A stretch of DNA of 62,470 nucleotides, the filler included, from Circinaria calcarea (Eukaryota), in NCBI GenBank assembly GCA_051942165.1. It is 6 parts of 6 records of this genome, joined end to end, with 100 filler letters (N's around TTAATTAATTAA, not from the genome) between each part and the next. Parts side by side here need not be neighbours in the genome. Positions count along the whole stretch, not along the records: positions 10,452 to 20,793 come from JAVECS010000821.1; positions 20,894 to 31,227 come from JAVECS010000822.1; 4 more parts are not named here. One strand, 5' to 3'. Of the stretch, positions 10,994-23,292 are shown piece by piece. Each line of letters opens with the position of its first letter. Position 1 is the first letter of the stretch. Both the position numbers and the translations under genes were made by a program. A model generated the notes under the pieces. The model saw only the letters and a program-made list of their open reading frames with translations, ran no database searches and was not told the origin of the DNA.

Positions 10994-13806
10994 ATGCCTG
11001 GGACGGTAGAAACCCCGGCTTCTCCTTCTCACCTCTCCTCAAACCATGTTACGAGATCAATCTTTCCACAAGCTCCTAAATTTACGTTAGATGTTTTCTC
11101 AGACCAAGATTTCTTAGTCAAAGACTTCATCGAGTCCCTGTCTGAGAGTGCAATACCAGCAAATCGCCGGTCTGGTCCGGGTAACCAAGCCCAGGCATTT
11201 GACCCGCGGCCCCTGATCCGAACATTTGAACATGCCCTCGGTCGATTGTCGGAGCTTTCTGGGGAATTGGGAGCGCGAGAAAACGAACTCTCTGCCGCTG
11301 CAAAACGTGCTGAAGCGCAGCATGCATCGAACGTACAATCGCTCAGTCGGAAGCTTGATGAGACAATTAGTACATTCCGGAATCTTGATGGCTCCCTCAG
11401 TCGACGTGACGGGAATGACTTCAACTTCGAAGCAAATGCAACCGTGAAGATTGGGCAGAGGATAGAAGAACTGGATAGGCAAAGAGAGCGCGCTTTAGAT
11501 GCCAAGTTCCTGATCCAGTGCTGGCTAGAAGTCAGCGAGCGCGGAGAGTTGTATCTTCTGGAGGACATGAGGCGATCTGGATCTGGAGATCGTAAAGTGC
11601 GTTGCGCGCAAATCGCAAGGCAGCTATTGAAAATAAGCCAAAGGCTCGAACCTGAATCTTGGGGACGCGTCAATGGCAGGATCCAATCGACAAACGGAGC
11701 AAACGGAACCAACGGGGTAATCGAAGCTAATGGAGTCAATGGTCACACTGGCAGTTCTTCAGTACGACATAACACCAGGGAAATTGTGGAGAAATTCTTA
11801 GAAAATTTGGAGAAGGACCTGCTCAAACAGTTTGATGAGTATTACAGAAGGGCTAATTTTGACGGCATGAGGGACTGTGCCAATGTCCTCCATGACTTCA
11901 ATGATGGCGCCAGTGTTATAGGATTGTTCGTTAACCAACACCAGTTTTTTATTGATCGAAGCCAACTGGTAACGGAAGAAGTCGCCGGTGATGCTGAGAC
12001 TTGGAATCGTCTCGCCGACCCAGATACTGATAGCCCCGGTGTTGAACCAAGTTTACAGTCCTTAATCGACGAGGTCAGAATTGTTGTGCAGGAAGAGTCG
12101 GCCATCATCAAACGGGCGTTTCCGTTTTATGAGCAAGTGCTTGGACAATTCCTTCAAAGGGTATTCCAGCAGTCTATCCAGCAAAGGTTGGAACTAGTCC
12201 TTGAGAAGGCTAATACTATATCTACCCTCGCTTTCTTGCGATCACTTCAATCGTCACGAAGTTACGTTGCTACCCTCGTGGATGATCTCAAATCTCATGG
12301 CCTTACTGAGCATCCTGAGGCTCTGTCGTCGCAGACAGCCTTAATTCTGGATCAACAGTTCGATGACCTTTTTGTCCCCTATTTCGTTGGTTCATTATAT
12401 ATTGAACGGGAAAAGCGTAATCTAGAAGAGCTCTACTCTTCCTTACTATTCAAATTCACCATCTTCCACGTAGGCTATGCAGAGGTACTCGAAGAAATAT
12501 GCTACAATGTGCTGATGTGACCCTAGTCTCGAAGACGAAAGATTCCAACAACCTTTATCGCATCGCTTGCTAAGTCGGGCAGTGAAATCCTAGCATCAGC
12601 CCGGGAAGCGTATATCGAACGCCTCGATTCCTCCGACTTAGCAGGCGCCCAGAAAGCCATGCTACTTCGGGTAGCTGGGTTAAAGGATGTTGACAGCACC
12701 AAGAAACAGACAGATATAGAGTTGACAGAGCAAGACGGTCTCTTGAGCATTGCGAATGCCAAGCGAATGTTAAAATGGCTTGCTGAGGCGGTGGGCAGAG
12801 TTCTGGAACTCAGTGGTGGTAATGAGACACCAAAAGATGTCTCTGCACTTCTCGATCTACTGCTCACCCATATGGGGGAGTTCTACATTGAGACGGCTCT
12901 AGATGCGTCAGTTGTTGGCCTTGGAAGCGCTCACGCAAACTTGCTTACTCTTGGATAGTGCAAACGAAGCAGCCGCAGCACAAGAACATGCTAAGAATGA
13001 GCCCGACTTATCCTATCTGGAGAATCTGCACTCCGCCATTGCAATCTTACACTTGATGGTAACATGTATAAACACCGTCCTCATCCCTCTTGCAGCCTCT
13101 CATGTAATTATACGTCGTGAAATGGAGAAAACTACGAACTTGGCAATGAACCGAATGGAGGAAAAAGTAAATAGCATCTTACAGCATACCATCGATGTCG
13201 CACTTTCATGGGTAAGCAAACTACTGGCAGGCCAAAAGAAAAGTGACTTTAGACCACGGGATGACACGTTGGGCGGTGGTGGATCGTGGCTAGAGCAACT
13301 ACAGACGCCGGTATATCCTTCATCCTATAATCTCCACTGTTTCCGAAACAATTACTAACGCAAACGTTCACAACTGGCAGACGTGCCTATCCATCTACAC
13401 CTTCCTGACGCGCCTTCACAACGTCTCGCTCCTCGCCCTCGCTCCTTCCCCCAACCTAACATCCCTCCTCGCCGAAATCGCCCTCGGCCTCCGCGCCCTC
13501 CTCCTCGACCACTTCAAGAAATTCTCCGTCAGCGCGGCCGGAGGCATCATGGTCACCAAGGACATCTCCAAATACATCGAGTTGCTCCGGAGCTGGAACC
13601 TAGGCGCCGGCTTCGAGCCCGGTCTGGAGGTCCTGACGGAGATTGGCAATCTCTTTGTCATTGGGCCCGAGGCGCTGCGGGAGAGGCTGAGGGGAAAGGG
13701 GGGTGTCGTGGGGGGGATGTGGGAGAAGGGCGATTTGAGGCCGTATGTGCTCAAGCGGGACGATGCGGGGAGTGTGGGCGTGCAGAGTGTTTTGAATTCT
13801 TTGTAG
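10994..13806 (+). CDS. SEC10: Exocyst complex component Sec10; exons 10994-12469, 12527-12906, 12959-13310, 13381-13806
   Basis: FDPRPLIRTFE, FVNQHQFFI, FLQRVFQQSIQ, QKKSDFRP and GGIMVTKDI motifs. Three canonical introns link the four ORFs in frame. Confidence 0.93.
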
Positions 13807-14141
13807 GTGGAGAGGATATATATCATGCGGTGGTAATGGATGGGGTCATAAAGCGTATGTATCTCAAGGGTGAATCTACCGTTTCTAAACCCGGGGCGTG
13901 CCATACGTTCTGTGTTGTAGAATGATTTGAAAATTCACAAAATACCAGGATAAGTAACCTAGGTTCTTGATTGCATAACGACACGAGGCGCCCCATTGGA
14001 GAAGTGAACCATTTACAAGATCTAATGATCTTCTAGATTCTAATGCCCGCAGCACTGCTATGAGACCTGTACGCGCAGCAGTGGTATCTAAACAATCCTT
14101 CTACCCTGCCATCCAAGGATGCAGACCATATGGCCCGCCGT

Positions 14142-15440
14142 TCATAATTTCTTGTCCAATTGCTCCGCCAACGCATCCACATCTCGGTCTTCTTCCTGCG
14201 GCACTGTTTCGTCTTCCGCCTCGTCTGCCTCTTTGAGGATGCGCTCGGCTTTTACGTCGGGCTTCAGATCGATTTCTTCATCGGATGCGTCGTCTTCAGC
14301 CTCACTCTTCGTTTCACCCTCATCGTCGTCGTCGCTGTCTTCCTCTAGGTCGCTCAAATCGTCCAGGCCCCATTCTGCGTCGGCATGGCGCTCGCCTGCC
14401 TCTTCCTTTCTCTCGTTGAGAAGGACCCGGAGGCCTTCTACGCCCTCGTCATCTTCTGAGAATTTGTTACCGTTGAGCTCGACTCGCCGCAGTTCCGGCA
14501 GTCCACCTTCCGACGCTACCAATAGCGCTTTCACCCCTTTGGCGTCCAGGTCGTTATATTGAGCCCTCAAAACTCTCAAATTTCTATTTGTCCCTTTGCT
14601 CAACGCCTCCGCAACCGCCATTCCTCCTCTCGCTCCCAGTAGACAGTCCCCAACTCCTAGCTCCCTCAGCTGTTTCCATCCCCCAACGACCTCTGATAAT
14701 GCCAGTGACCCTGTAATTGTGAAGGTATTATCCTGTAAATCCAACACTTCCAGCTCCTCGCAACCGCGCAGTCCTTCCCGGAGTAGAACTGCAATACCGT
14801 CTTGACGGATACCGTTTTGTGTCATTTTAATCTTTCTAACACCACGGTGATTCTTGAGGGCTCGAGCCCAGGCTGTCATGCTGCCGCTTTCTAGCCTATT
14901 ACGCCCGCAAATGATGGTGCAGAGGTCCGGAACTTCCTTCCCCTCTTTTCGCGCCAGGGCCTTCTTTTCTGCCAGCTCAGACAGGGCATCGGCGATTTGA
15001 ATACCCGCATATGGACCGAGGCCATTGTTGTTGAGTATTAGATGCTTGAGGGGTACATGCTCCTTTAGGAATGCCACCAGCGGCCCTACGGTATTGAGTC
15101 CGAACGCGTTGTCAGACAGGTCGACCGTGTGAAGGTTGGGGAGCTGGAGGAGGGATGTGAGGAGAGCTGAAAGGGCCTGGGGAATTTCGGACAGAAGTCG
15201 CGAGGTAAATATATCCGCTAGGTTGGCGACCTGCAGATTCTGCTGCTTCGAGAGGAGGGAGGCGATTTCGGTACAGGCGGGGACGCCGAGGGTGTTGCCC
15301 CCTAGGCGGATTTCTGTTATGGAGGTGGAGGCGCGAAGGGGTTCGAGGTGAGGATAGGCTTCCTCGACGGTAGAGAGTTTGAGAGATTGATTTTCGAGGG
15401 AGAAGATGGTAGGAATCGAGGGTGGTGAAGAAGATGACAT
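14142..15440 (-). CDS. RNA1: Ran GTPase-activating protein 1 (LRR plus acidic tail)
   Basis: LGGNTLG, LADIFTSR, LSDNAFG, GRNRLE and LDLQDNTFT LRR motifs; D/E-rich C-terminus. Confidence 0.95.
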   Translation of the reverse strand: MSSSSPPSIPTIFSLENQSLKLSTVEEAYPHLEPLRASTSITEIRLGGNTLGVPACTEIASLLSKQQNLQVANLADIFTSRLLSEIPQALSALLTSLLQLPNLHTVDLSDNAFGLNTVGPLVAFLKEHVPLKHLILNNNGLGPYAGIQIADALSELAEKKALARKEGKEVPDLCTIICGRNRLESGSMTAWARALKNHRGVRKIKMTQNGIRQDGIAVLLREGLRGCEELEVLDLQDNTFTITGSLALSEVVGGWKQLRELGVGDCLLGARGGMAVAEALSKGTNRNLRVLRAQYNDLDAKGVKALLVASEGGLPELRRVELNGNKFSEDDEGVEGLRVLLNERKEEAGERHADAEWGLDDLSDLEEDSDDDDEGETKSEAEDDASDEEIDLKPDVKAERILKEADEAEDETVPQEEDRDVDALAEQLDKKL

Positions 15441-15897
15441 TGTTTAAAGGGTATATGTGAGCAAAGGTATCAAACACAATTATCAAAGAGTAGCTTCGTA
15501 TAATCGTACCCCGCTACTAGACCTGCCCGTCTAACATTATTTGGGAAATACGCGGATGCGGGAGTATGTTGCTCATCCACTCTCTCCCACTGCTATTCCC
15601 TGACGAAGGAAAATGCGCTCTCCGTTCTTTCATCTTCTGGTGATGACAGTAGAGCATGATAACATGGGACTATCTCTAACATCGGATGGATTTACTACCG
15701 TGTCTGTATTCAGCCACTTCCCAGAGCCACCCTTTTGTCACATCACCATGGATGAGCAAAGGGTAGACCCCTCATCGTACCGAAGGACAATATAAAGCGC
15801 TTGATTACCGCTGAGTTATGGGCAAAATATAATCTCAAGCCACCTAAGTACTCTACTTGTGGGTCAATGTAGCTAACGTGCATTACAAGATATTTTC

Positions 15898-17930
15898 CTA
15901 GCTCCATTGGGCATCGCTGATGTCTACAGTTCCCTCGGGAAGGATCACTCGAGGTGCAGAGCTTACTTCCCTTTGGCGCACGTCAAACGGTATCGATGAT
16001 TTCCCAACCATCAGTTCAAGACTGATACCACACCGGCTCTTCTTCCAGCTGAGTTGTAGCAGCGCTTTCGACCTCCGCCAGCTACGCTTGATGTGACGCT
16101 TTTCCACGCGCAGTTGACACAACGGCCGGTCTGTCCCCTCGACCTGGTCCCGAGACGGAGTAGACAAAGTAACGAGCGTCAGGTAGGAATACTGGGCTTT
16201 GGGTGAATGTCTGAAATTAAAGGTGAAGGTGCCGGCAGTCGCAGCATCCTACCGAGCAATCAGCAGGTTATTGGCATGGAGGTCTATGATCTAGGCTCAC
16301 TGTCAACGGTAAAACGGCTACTTGGGCCCCGGACCGGGCCATCGACTTGCAATCGACCCACTCAATCTTGGATACGCTGGCTTGTTCATATATGTGGTCC
16401 CCGCAGACAAGGCCAATCGAGTCTAAGCCCGGCCGGTATGGATCAGGGAGGCAACCTCCTCTGGCAACTGCCAATTCTCTACCGCTGTGAATTAGCTATA
16501 GCGGTCATCTAGTCATAGGTGGCCTAACTTACGGTTCTGAAGCGACTTTGACCTTGGTTGCGGAACAGTGACGGAGATACAGTGGTGAATCGAGGAGGAT
16601 GTTTTCGAACTCCTGTCGTGCTATCTCAAGATAGAAGTAGCCTCCGCAGCCCACCAGGTAACTCTTGACACGCCATAAAAATCCTTAGCCACGAGGAAAG
16701 AGAGCAAGGTGAGAACTTACCAAGGGTTGTTTATATTCTTGCATTGCATCGAGAATCATCCGCTGGACTTGCGCTAAAGGCTCCTGAAAGATCTCTTTAC
16801 GATCGTCTCTGTATGATATCAGCCCCATCCAACATCCTGTTATGTTGCACTTTACCTCGTGACCGTCATACTGCCATTGTTAACTCCAGCATCATCGTTA
16901 TCCGGTACTGCTACAGGAACTGCAATAGAATGGACCTCTTGCTCGGGAACGGCGCGCTTGATTCGATTCCAGCCACTGCTTTCCCGCATATGACGAGCAA
17001 CGGTCTTTTTGTCGAAAGAAAATAAGGGTATGACGGATAAGCGTCGTTCAACAAATGCTTCAAAAGCGGCATCAATATCAGTGGTACCAACCGCTTTCCC
17101 CGGACAGCTCCAGTCAACACCGAAGCAGATTTGGCCGTTAATGCCAGTGCTAGCCTTGACAACTGCAATATCGGTTGTGCCGCCGCCGACATCGCACACC
17201 ATAACAGTGTCACCCTCCACTACCTCTCCCCGCATCCGTCTGGCAACGTCTAGAGCCGCGGCCTGCGCCTCGCTCAATTTCAAATGTACCCGGTGATATT
17301 GACCGCCACTCTCGTAACCCGCTTGAAGTATACAGTCGCGAAAGCTCTTGATGGCTGCCGCTGTCCATGTGGTCGGCCATGTAAACCGAAATTCAATATG
17401 CAGCGTATTCCAGTGGCGTTCCTTCAGTTTTTCAATGATTTCTGCTTGTACTCTTGAGTACAGCCGTCGTAGATAATCGACGTACCATCTGCGGACCTCG
17501 GATTCAGACTTGGGAAGGAAGGCGGACGCAGATTGACATGCCGGAATCAGGTAGTCAGAATCCAGGTACGGTTTGAACCATTCAACAATTCTAAGGGCTT
17601 CCCTGCCAACATAGCTCTCCGAATTTCTGCTGGCTTCGAAGCCCCACGACCGTACATGGCCACCGCTTGGGCTTACGTATTCTTCATATTCGAGTACTGT
17701 TGGTATCTTGGTGACGGCCTTATGCGACCGAGCTTCACCAGCTTCTTCGGTCCAGGTCATCTGAAAAACTCTCCTAAACGGGTGCACGGTGTATGCTACG
17801 CCTGTTGGTTGTTAGTGAGGATTGGCACAGAAGCGCGAGCTGTACCTGTCGCTGTCATTCCAACATCGATCCCTATCACGACGTCTGCAATTCCTTCGAT
17901 GTTGAATTTCAAGAGGTTATTTGTCCTTCT
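15898..17930 (-). CDS. Divergent Hsp70-family (HSPA12-like) actin-fold ATPase, multi-exon; 5' end unresolved (possible first exon from the ATG at 18083)
   Basis: Spliced reading gives VIGIDVGMTATGVAY (phosphate-1), TWPTTW, SEAQAAA (connect-1), VCDVGGGTTDI (phosphate-2), YLVGCGG (adenosine) and LAVARGG (connect-2). GT..AG introns join the exons through to the stop at 15898. Confidence 0.8.
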
Positions 17931-18307
17931 CTAGTCGGGGAAAGGAATTTGGCATGAAGGACATATGAGGCCGACCTCCAAGTCTATTCTCGGCTCAGAC
18001 TATAGGGTCTCGGGATACTTCCGACACAGTCTCATAAAGGCGGCGAGCCTAGCTTCTTCAATTGCCGTAAGAGACAGTTTCATATGGTTGCATCTCACTA
18101 CAGATGTCTTTGTTTGTACTTCGGGGTACTGATAAAAATAACCACATACAAAGGGGGAAATTCGGCACTTTTTCTTTGTTTGCCCCAAAGTTAATTAATC
18201 CAGTTGCTGCGCTTCTCCTACCCGCAGAGAACTTCCCATGCTGAAAGTTATTATTTGGTATCATATCATTTCAGATCTTGCCTCGATTAATCTCCCACAA
18301 CTCCGGA

Positions 18308-19358
18308 ATGTATGGCGGTCGACTAGCAGGTGTGCTAATTGCAGTAGCCATCGGCTCAGTAACTTTATGCTGCATTGCCTTTTATATCTGGATGATCATA
18401 CGAAAACAAAAGCGTCGTCAAGAGGACACTGAGTCGCTGAAGCCAGTGCCGCGAAGTCAATGTGAAGACTGTCGCTTCGAGTTTATTCTCCCCGATCCCC
18501 CGCTCCAACATGAGATCTATCTCGCAATGGGCCAGTTCGAGCTTGCCATGACCTCAATTGCCCATTGGTGCTATAAATTTACTAAGGACCCGCCCACGCT
18601 CTCGGACTCTCAGCTACAAGGTCATTTGGAGATTCTTGGTGTCGCCAAAGATCGACTCCCCTCGCATAAGCTCTTGGAACTCCTTCCCCTACGCATCGAG
18701 ACGTTCGTCTATCACGTCCTCAGCACCACGTTGGTTAGTGCGATCGCGATCAACGAGAATGCTAGTCGGACGATCCTGGATGCGCAACTTGTCGCACTGT
18801 ATGAGTCAATGCCGCCCTGCCCTCATGATATAGATGGTGAGTTTTCTCAGCGTCTGTATCAGAATCATTCTCACTGTTGGGTTTTTAGCTCCAGAGTGGA
18901 ATCGTATTACCGCCCGGTGCCGCGAATTCCTGGCCTATCTCTTCCGGGCTCACGAGCCCGAAGGGAAGAAGCTCAATCAGAAAGGAGTCGATCAGCTTAT
19001 GCGTCAACTGACCGACCTGCTCGTTAGCGTCCTGGGTCCCGCTGCAATCAACGATAAACATCTCCAGCCGAACCTCCTCTTTGCCTGTCGCACAGCTGCC
19101 AACGTAGGGTCATGCCTCTTGCGTCATCCAGCAACTCATCGATTCGATTGGACGACCAGTATTTCAAGCCCCGGAGAGCCGGTGGTGGTATTTCCTGGAT
19201 TAGTCAGGACAACGGACCATAGAGGTTTACCCATCCATGCGCCAGAGGTAGTTCATTTGGGACAAGTCGATTGTATCGGCATCCGCAACCAAACAGCCTA
19301 TCCAGACGCGAGTGCATGGGCGGCGGCGATGGCAGAAGGCGAGAGAGAAGCGTGTTAG
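18308..19358 (+). CDS. Hypothetical single-pass membrane protein with helical body and PVVVFPGLVRTTDHRG C-terminal beta region; exons 18308-18836, 18889-19358
   Basis: Hydrophobic helix LAGVLIAVAIGSVTLCCIAFYIWMII followed by RKQKRR. A GTGAGT..TAG intron (18837-18888) joins the two ORFs in frame. Confidence 0.75.
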
Positions 19359-20072
19359 GTCGGGTTCACGAAGGGTACTGGGGCAAACCATTTGATTTCA
19401 AATTCGGACCGCATCGATTATATTAATTATGGTAGACCTTTGTGGCCATTGGCGTAGGCCCTTAAGTAGATGGGCGTATTTGCTTTGATTTTAATACAAG
19501 ATTTAGCTGCCATATCCCTTTATAAACCAATGAAATTACCCTTTAGTTTGAGTCATTTCAATTCATCCTCGGTGTCATGGGTTTAGCCCCAGGCCACCCC
19601 TGACGGCAGGCTGCGCAGCCCTACCATACTGGTCGTGTATCTAGCACGGTGCAGCCATTCCGGCTGCATCCCACCTATCTTGCACTAAATACACATACTA
19701 TACACTTGGGAGCACGCCTTCACTACGTGACACTCGGTCGCTTTGCCGCCAATCTCCGAGTCGAAAATATACCGAGTAGTCCATTCATCAACCGCCGGTT
19801 GCTTACGGGCATTGAATTGGCTGGTGCATGATCATTACTTGTGCCTCGATTACTAAAGCGATAATATGCGAACGCTAACAAGGACAGAAAACGCCGTTTG
19901 CACCTCTCCCATCAAGCCCGCCACCCATCCGGGATACCGCTAAGCACTGTAATTCCGCCTTTGTCCCAGGCTTTTCGGTAGATCGCACTCCCTAATCTCC
20001 GCCCTTCTCGTCACTGGTCTCGAGCTGCGATATCACGTCAGTCATTTCCCGAGAGCTTCGTTTCCGGGCGCT

Positions 20073-20477
20073 TCACCTTCTCTGCAAATTGAGATACGCA
20101 TACTTCTCGCCCAGCTGCGAGACATGGGCCGAGAACCGGTTGGTAAGCCTCTCGGCTTCTTTCGGGTCAAAGCATAGCCTTCGAGGAACAGCAGTCATGA
20201 GGGTCTGATACCTCGAACTATGCAACTCTGAACCGGACCGGGTATACGCGTGCAGTTCCACAAGGATTTCGTGACAATTTAATCTCCACTGGTCCAGAAA
20301 TCTATCCTCTTCCGGAGCGAGGCCGAGCTGTTTTATTTCCCGGAGCTTACGGTCCAAGTTTTCAGCAGCGTCCCTGAAAGTTCGGGTGTAGGTCTTTTCC
20401 GCTTGCAGGTTATCTTTAATAGCTAGCACTAGCTTGGTGATCTCTATGCTGAGGCTGATGAGTCCTAGTAGCTCCAT
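20073..20477 (-). CDS. Small helical protein resembling HeLo-like/SesA-type fungal N-terminal domains of STAND proteins; may have a short extra 3' exon
   Basis: Hydrophobic N-terminal helix MELLGLISLSIEITKLVLAIK, then amphipathic helices with NCHEILVEL. A GTGAAG..CTGAC..CAG intron candidate sits at the 3' end. Confidence 0.55.
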   Translation of the reverse strand: MELLGLISLSIEITKLVLAIKDNLQAEKTYTRTFRDAAENLDRKLREIKQLGLAPEEDRFLDQWRLNCHEILVELHAYTRSGSELHSSRYQTLMTAVPRRLCFDPKEAERLTNRFSAHVSQLGEKYAYLNLQRR

Positions 20478-20793
20478 GGCGACGGTAGCTTCGGACCGAG
20501 GAAAAGACGATTAAGAGGCAGTTATCCACTAGAGAAGGACTGCTCACGACTGGGGTTGAAGGCTGGGAAGCCGGGCTCGGGGTCGAATTTTGATAGGATA
20601 GAATTGCTTATTCTCGAAGGCTGAATTGTCGTTGTCCAGTCCCTTGGGGCCTACATATCGACATCTTAAGGGCAAGCAATAACAAAGATGGCAGAGTCTC
20701 GATCGACTGGAAACGAGTGCATTACACGGTCTCACGATTGGAATAATGACTTGAGGATGGCGCTTTCAGCAATCCGTCCCCAGTCAAGTCAGG

Positions 20794-20893
20794 NNNNNNN
20801 NNNNNNNNNNNNNNNNNNNNNNNNNNNNNNNNNNNNNTTAATTAATTAANNNNNNNNNNNNNNNNNNNNNNNNNNNNNNNNNNNNNNNNNNNN
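20794..20893. other. Artificial contig spacer
   Basis: N44-TTAATTAATTAA-N44. Confidence 0.98.
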
Positions 20894-21206
20894 GTTCTTC
20901 ATGAGCAGCTCATTCAGAAGTTGAAGCACAAAGCAGTGCGCAGTAGGATCGGGGTGGTCACTCATTACTCTCTTACTTGCTTGGATACTTCTAATATTGA
21001 CGACTAACGATATCACGAACTTCTTTTACCCCATCCATCAGCAGCTTTCTCCTCATCGTCTTTTGCGATCACCTCCATCTTACTCACACCTTGTCACTTC
21101 TACCAACCATTCAGTCTTTTCAATCTTCACACCATCCCCCCAACATTAAACGACAAGCTCTGGACACTCAACACTTTCTCATATCGAACACGTTTATTGC
21201 TTGAAA

Positions 21207-22481
21207 ATGTCTACTTGTGAGTTGCTACTCACATCCATGCCTCTCAGCCTGAGTGTTGGACACTGAGACCAGAGCTAATTCGCCGAATCTATCCAGCAAA
21301 AGTCGTTCCGTTGACATGCCACGGTCACTCCCGTCCGGTGACTCACTTGAGCTTCTCGTCTGCTGTCGATGACGATCAGTCCTACTTCATCTCAGCTTGC
21401 AAAGGTATGGGGCCCCCGTCTGTCACTATACATACGTTCACCTTCAATGGCCCTCACATACTAATGCGTTTTCCACAGACAACAATCCTATGCTCCGTGA
21501 TGGTATCACTGGCGACTGGTAAGCGACTGTGGGTAGCAACAATGGTCCTTGAACTCACGTGTATAGGATTGGTACCTTTATTGGTCATAAGGGGGCGGTT
21601 TGGCAAGCGCGTCTATCTGGGGATGCTGGTGTTGCTGCAACTGGATCTGCCGATTTTACCGCGTAAGTAAAACGACAACTCTCTTCACGACTGCATCCTA
21701 CTGATCAAGCCCGTCCTGTAGCAAAGTCTGGGATACTCACAGCGGCGAATGCCTGTTTACTTTTCAGCATAATCATATCGTCCGTGCTGTTGCCTTTCCC
21801 ACCCACGTAAACCCTCAGACTCTCGCAACTGGTGGCTTTGAAAAGAGGCTCCGAATCTTCGATTTGATGCAAACCGGTAGCACATCATCATCACCAACCA
21901 GCGCTGATGGCACAAGTGTCCTCCCTACCAACGCCGCAAGTTACGAAATAGGTGCCGGTATGCATGGTGGACCGATCAAATCGATAGTCTGGGGACCTGA
22001 CCGCAACATTCTCATCTCAGCCTGCGACGATAAGATGGTTCGCTGGTGGGATATACGCAGCCGAACTCCAATCGCTAGTTATGGTCTGGACGGTGTGGTC
22101 GGCAGCTGTGAGCTCAATACACTCACGGCGTCCAATGTCTACCGGGACCCTGTTTTATCAATCGCCGCCGGCAAGTCCGCATATTTCTTTTCGGGCATTA
22201 ACCCGGGTCAACTCATCAAGCAGGTCAAGACACCACACGAGGTGGCTTCTGTGGCTCTGAATGCAGCAGAGCGCAAGTTCATCGTTGGTGGGAGTGCAGA
22301 CACTTGGGTTAGGGTTTACAGTTTCGATGAAGAGAGAGAGTTGGATCTGCACAAGGGGCATCATGGACCCATCTGGAGTACAAGCTTCTCTCCAAACGGG
22401 AAACTTTATGCCACGGGCAGTGAAGATGGGACGATCAAGTTGTGGAAGTTTTGCAAGGAGCCCTACGGACTGTGGAGGTGA
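21207..22481 (+). CDS. STRAP/UNRIP-like WD40 protein (serine-threonine kinase receptor-associated protein), multi-exon
   Basis: VPLTCHGHSRPV, ISACKD, PMLRDG, TFIGHKGAVW, KGHHGPIW and YATGSEDGTIKLW; several short canonical introns. Confidence 0.9.
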
Positions 22482-23292
22482 AGTGTGAGGTGGATATCTG
22501 AAGGCGTCCGGGACATTGGGGTGCATGTCTGCATTATTTTGCCGGATTTGATGATACCCTGCCCACTGCGAATACTGAGCAATGTCCGCTTATTAGGCCG
22601 TGGCTTAGATCAGACACATGTCCTGGATCATGTCTGTAGATATTCAAAGACATGCCTATGCTTGCAGCTCTATTGACCACCTATGTATTTTGAAAGCTCA
22701 ACTCATGGGCATCGGACGTGCCTGCATCAAGGCAATTTCCAAGCCTTTCAAATATCCCCTAAACCCGGCTTCCGGCTCCCGGTTGCACTTTGCTCAAAAA
22801 TCGTTAGCGGGATTAGTGTTCGTGACGATCATGCACAGTTAATGTAACTGATGACTTTGTAATCACCAGGGAAAGCTGCTGTATCTACCAGACACTCGTT
22901 GTAGATTATTGGCAAGCAGTGACCATGCAAGGAAATCATCCACAAACACCATCTCCGTCTACTGTCTGACTATATGCATTGTATGAGCTGTTGAGCATCC
23001 CCGTATCAGGGACCAGATTCCCCCACGCCCTTCTTTATCGATTCAACATTTGTCCAAAGGAACACGGGTCGTGGTCTCTACAGCACCTAGATATCTAAAG
23101 GGGAGATTCGAGTGCATGTCTACCCTTGTGGTTGACTTTATTATATGATCGAAATGGCTGACGAAGCGGGTGCAGGAGAGAAAGACTAGACATCTGAGCA
23201 ATACGTACAACACATTCCCTTCTCCCAAGGTAGACACTCGGAGGCCCAACTGGCATCCTTTCGTGTGGCAGCAAAAGTCAACACATACGGTC

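Noticed and set aside
11029..11739. Long antisense ORFs (also 37243-37866, 59356-60009, 61200-61832)
   Set aside because: Shadow frames on the opposite strand of well-supported genes.
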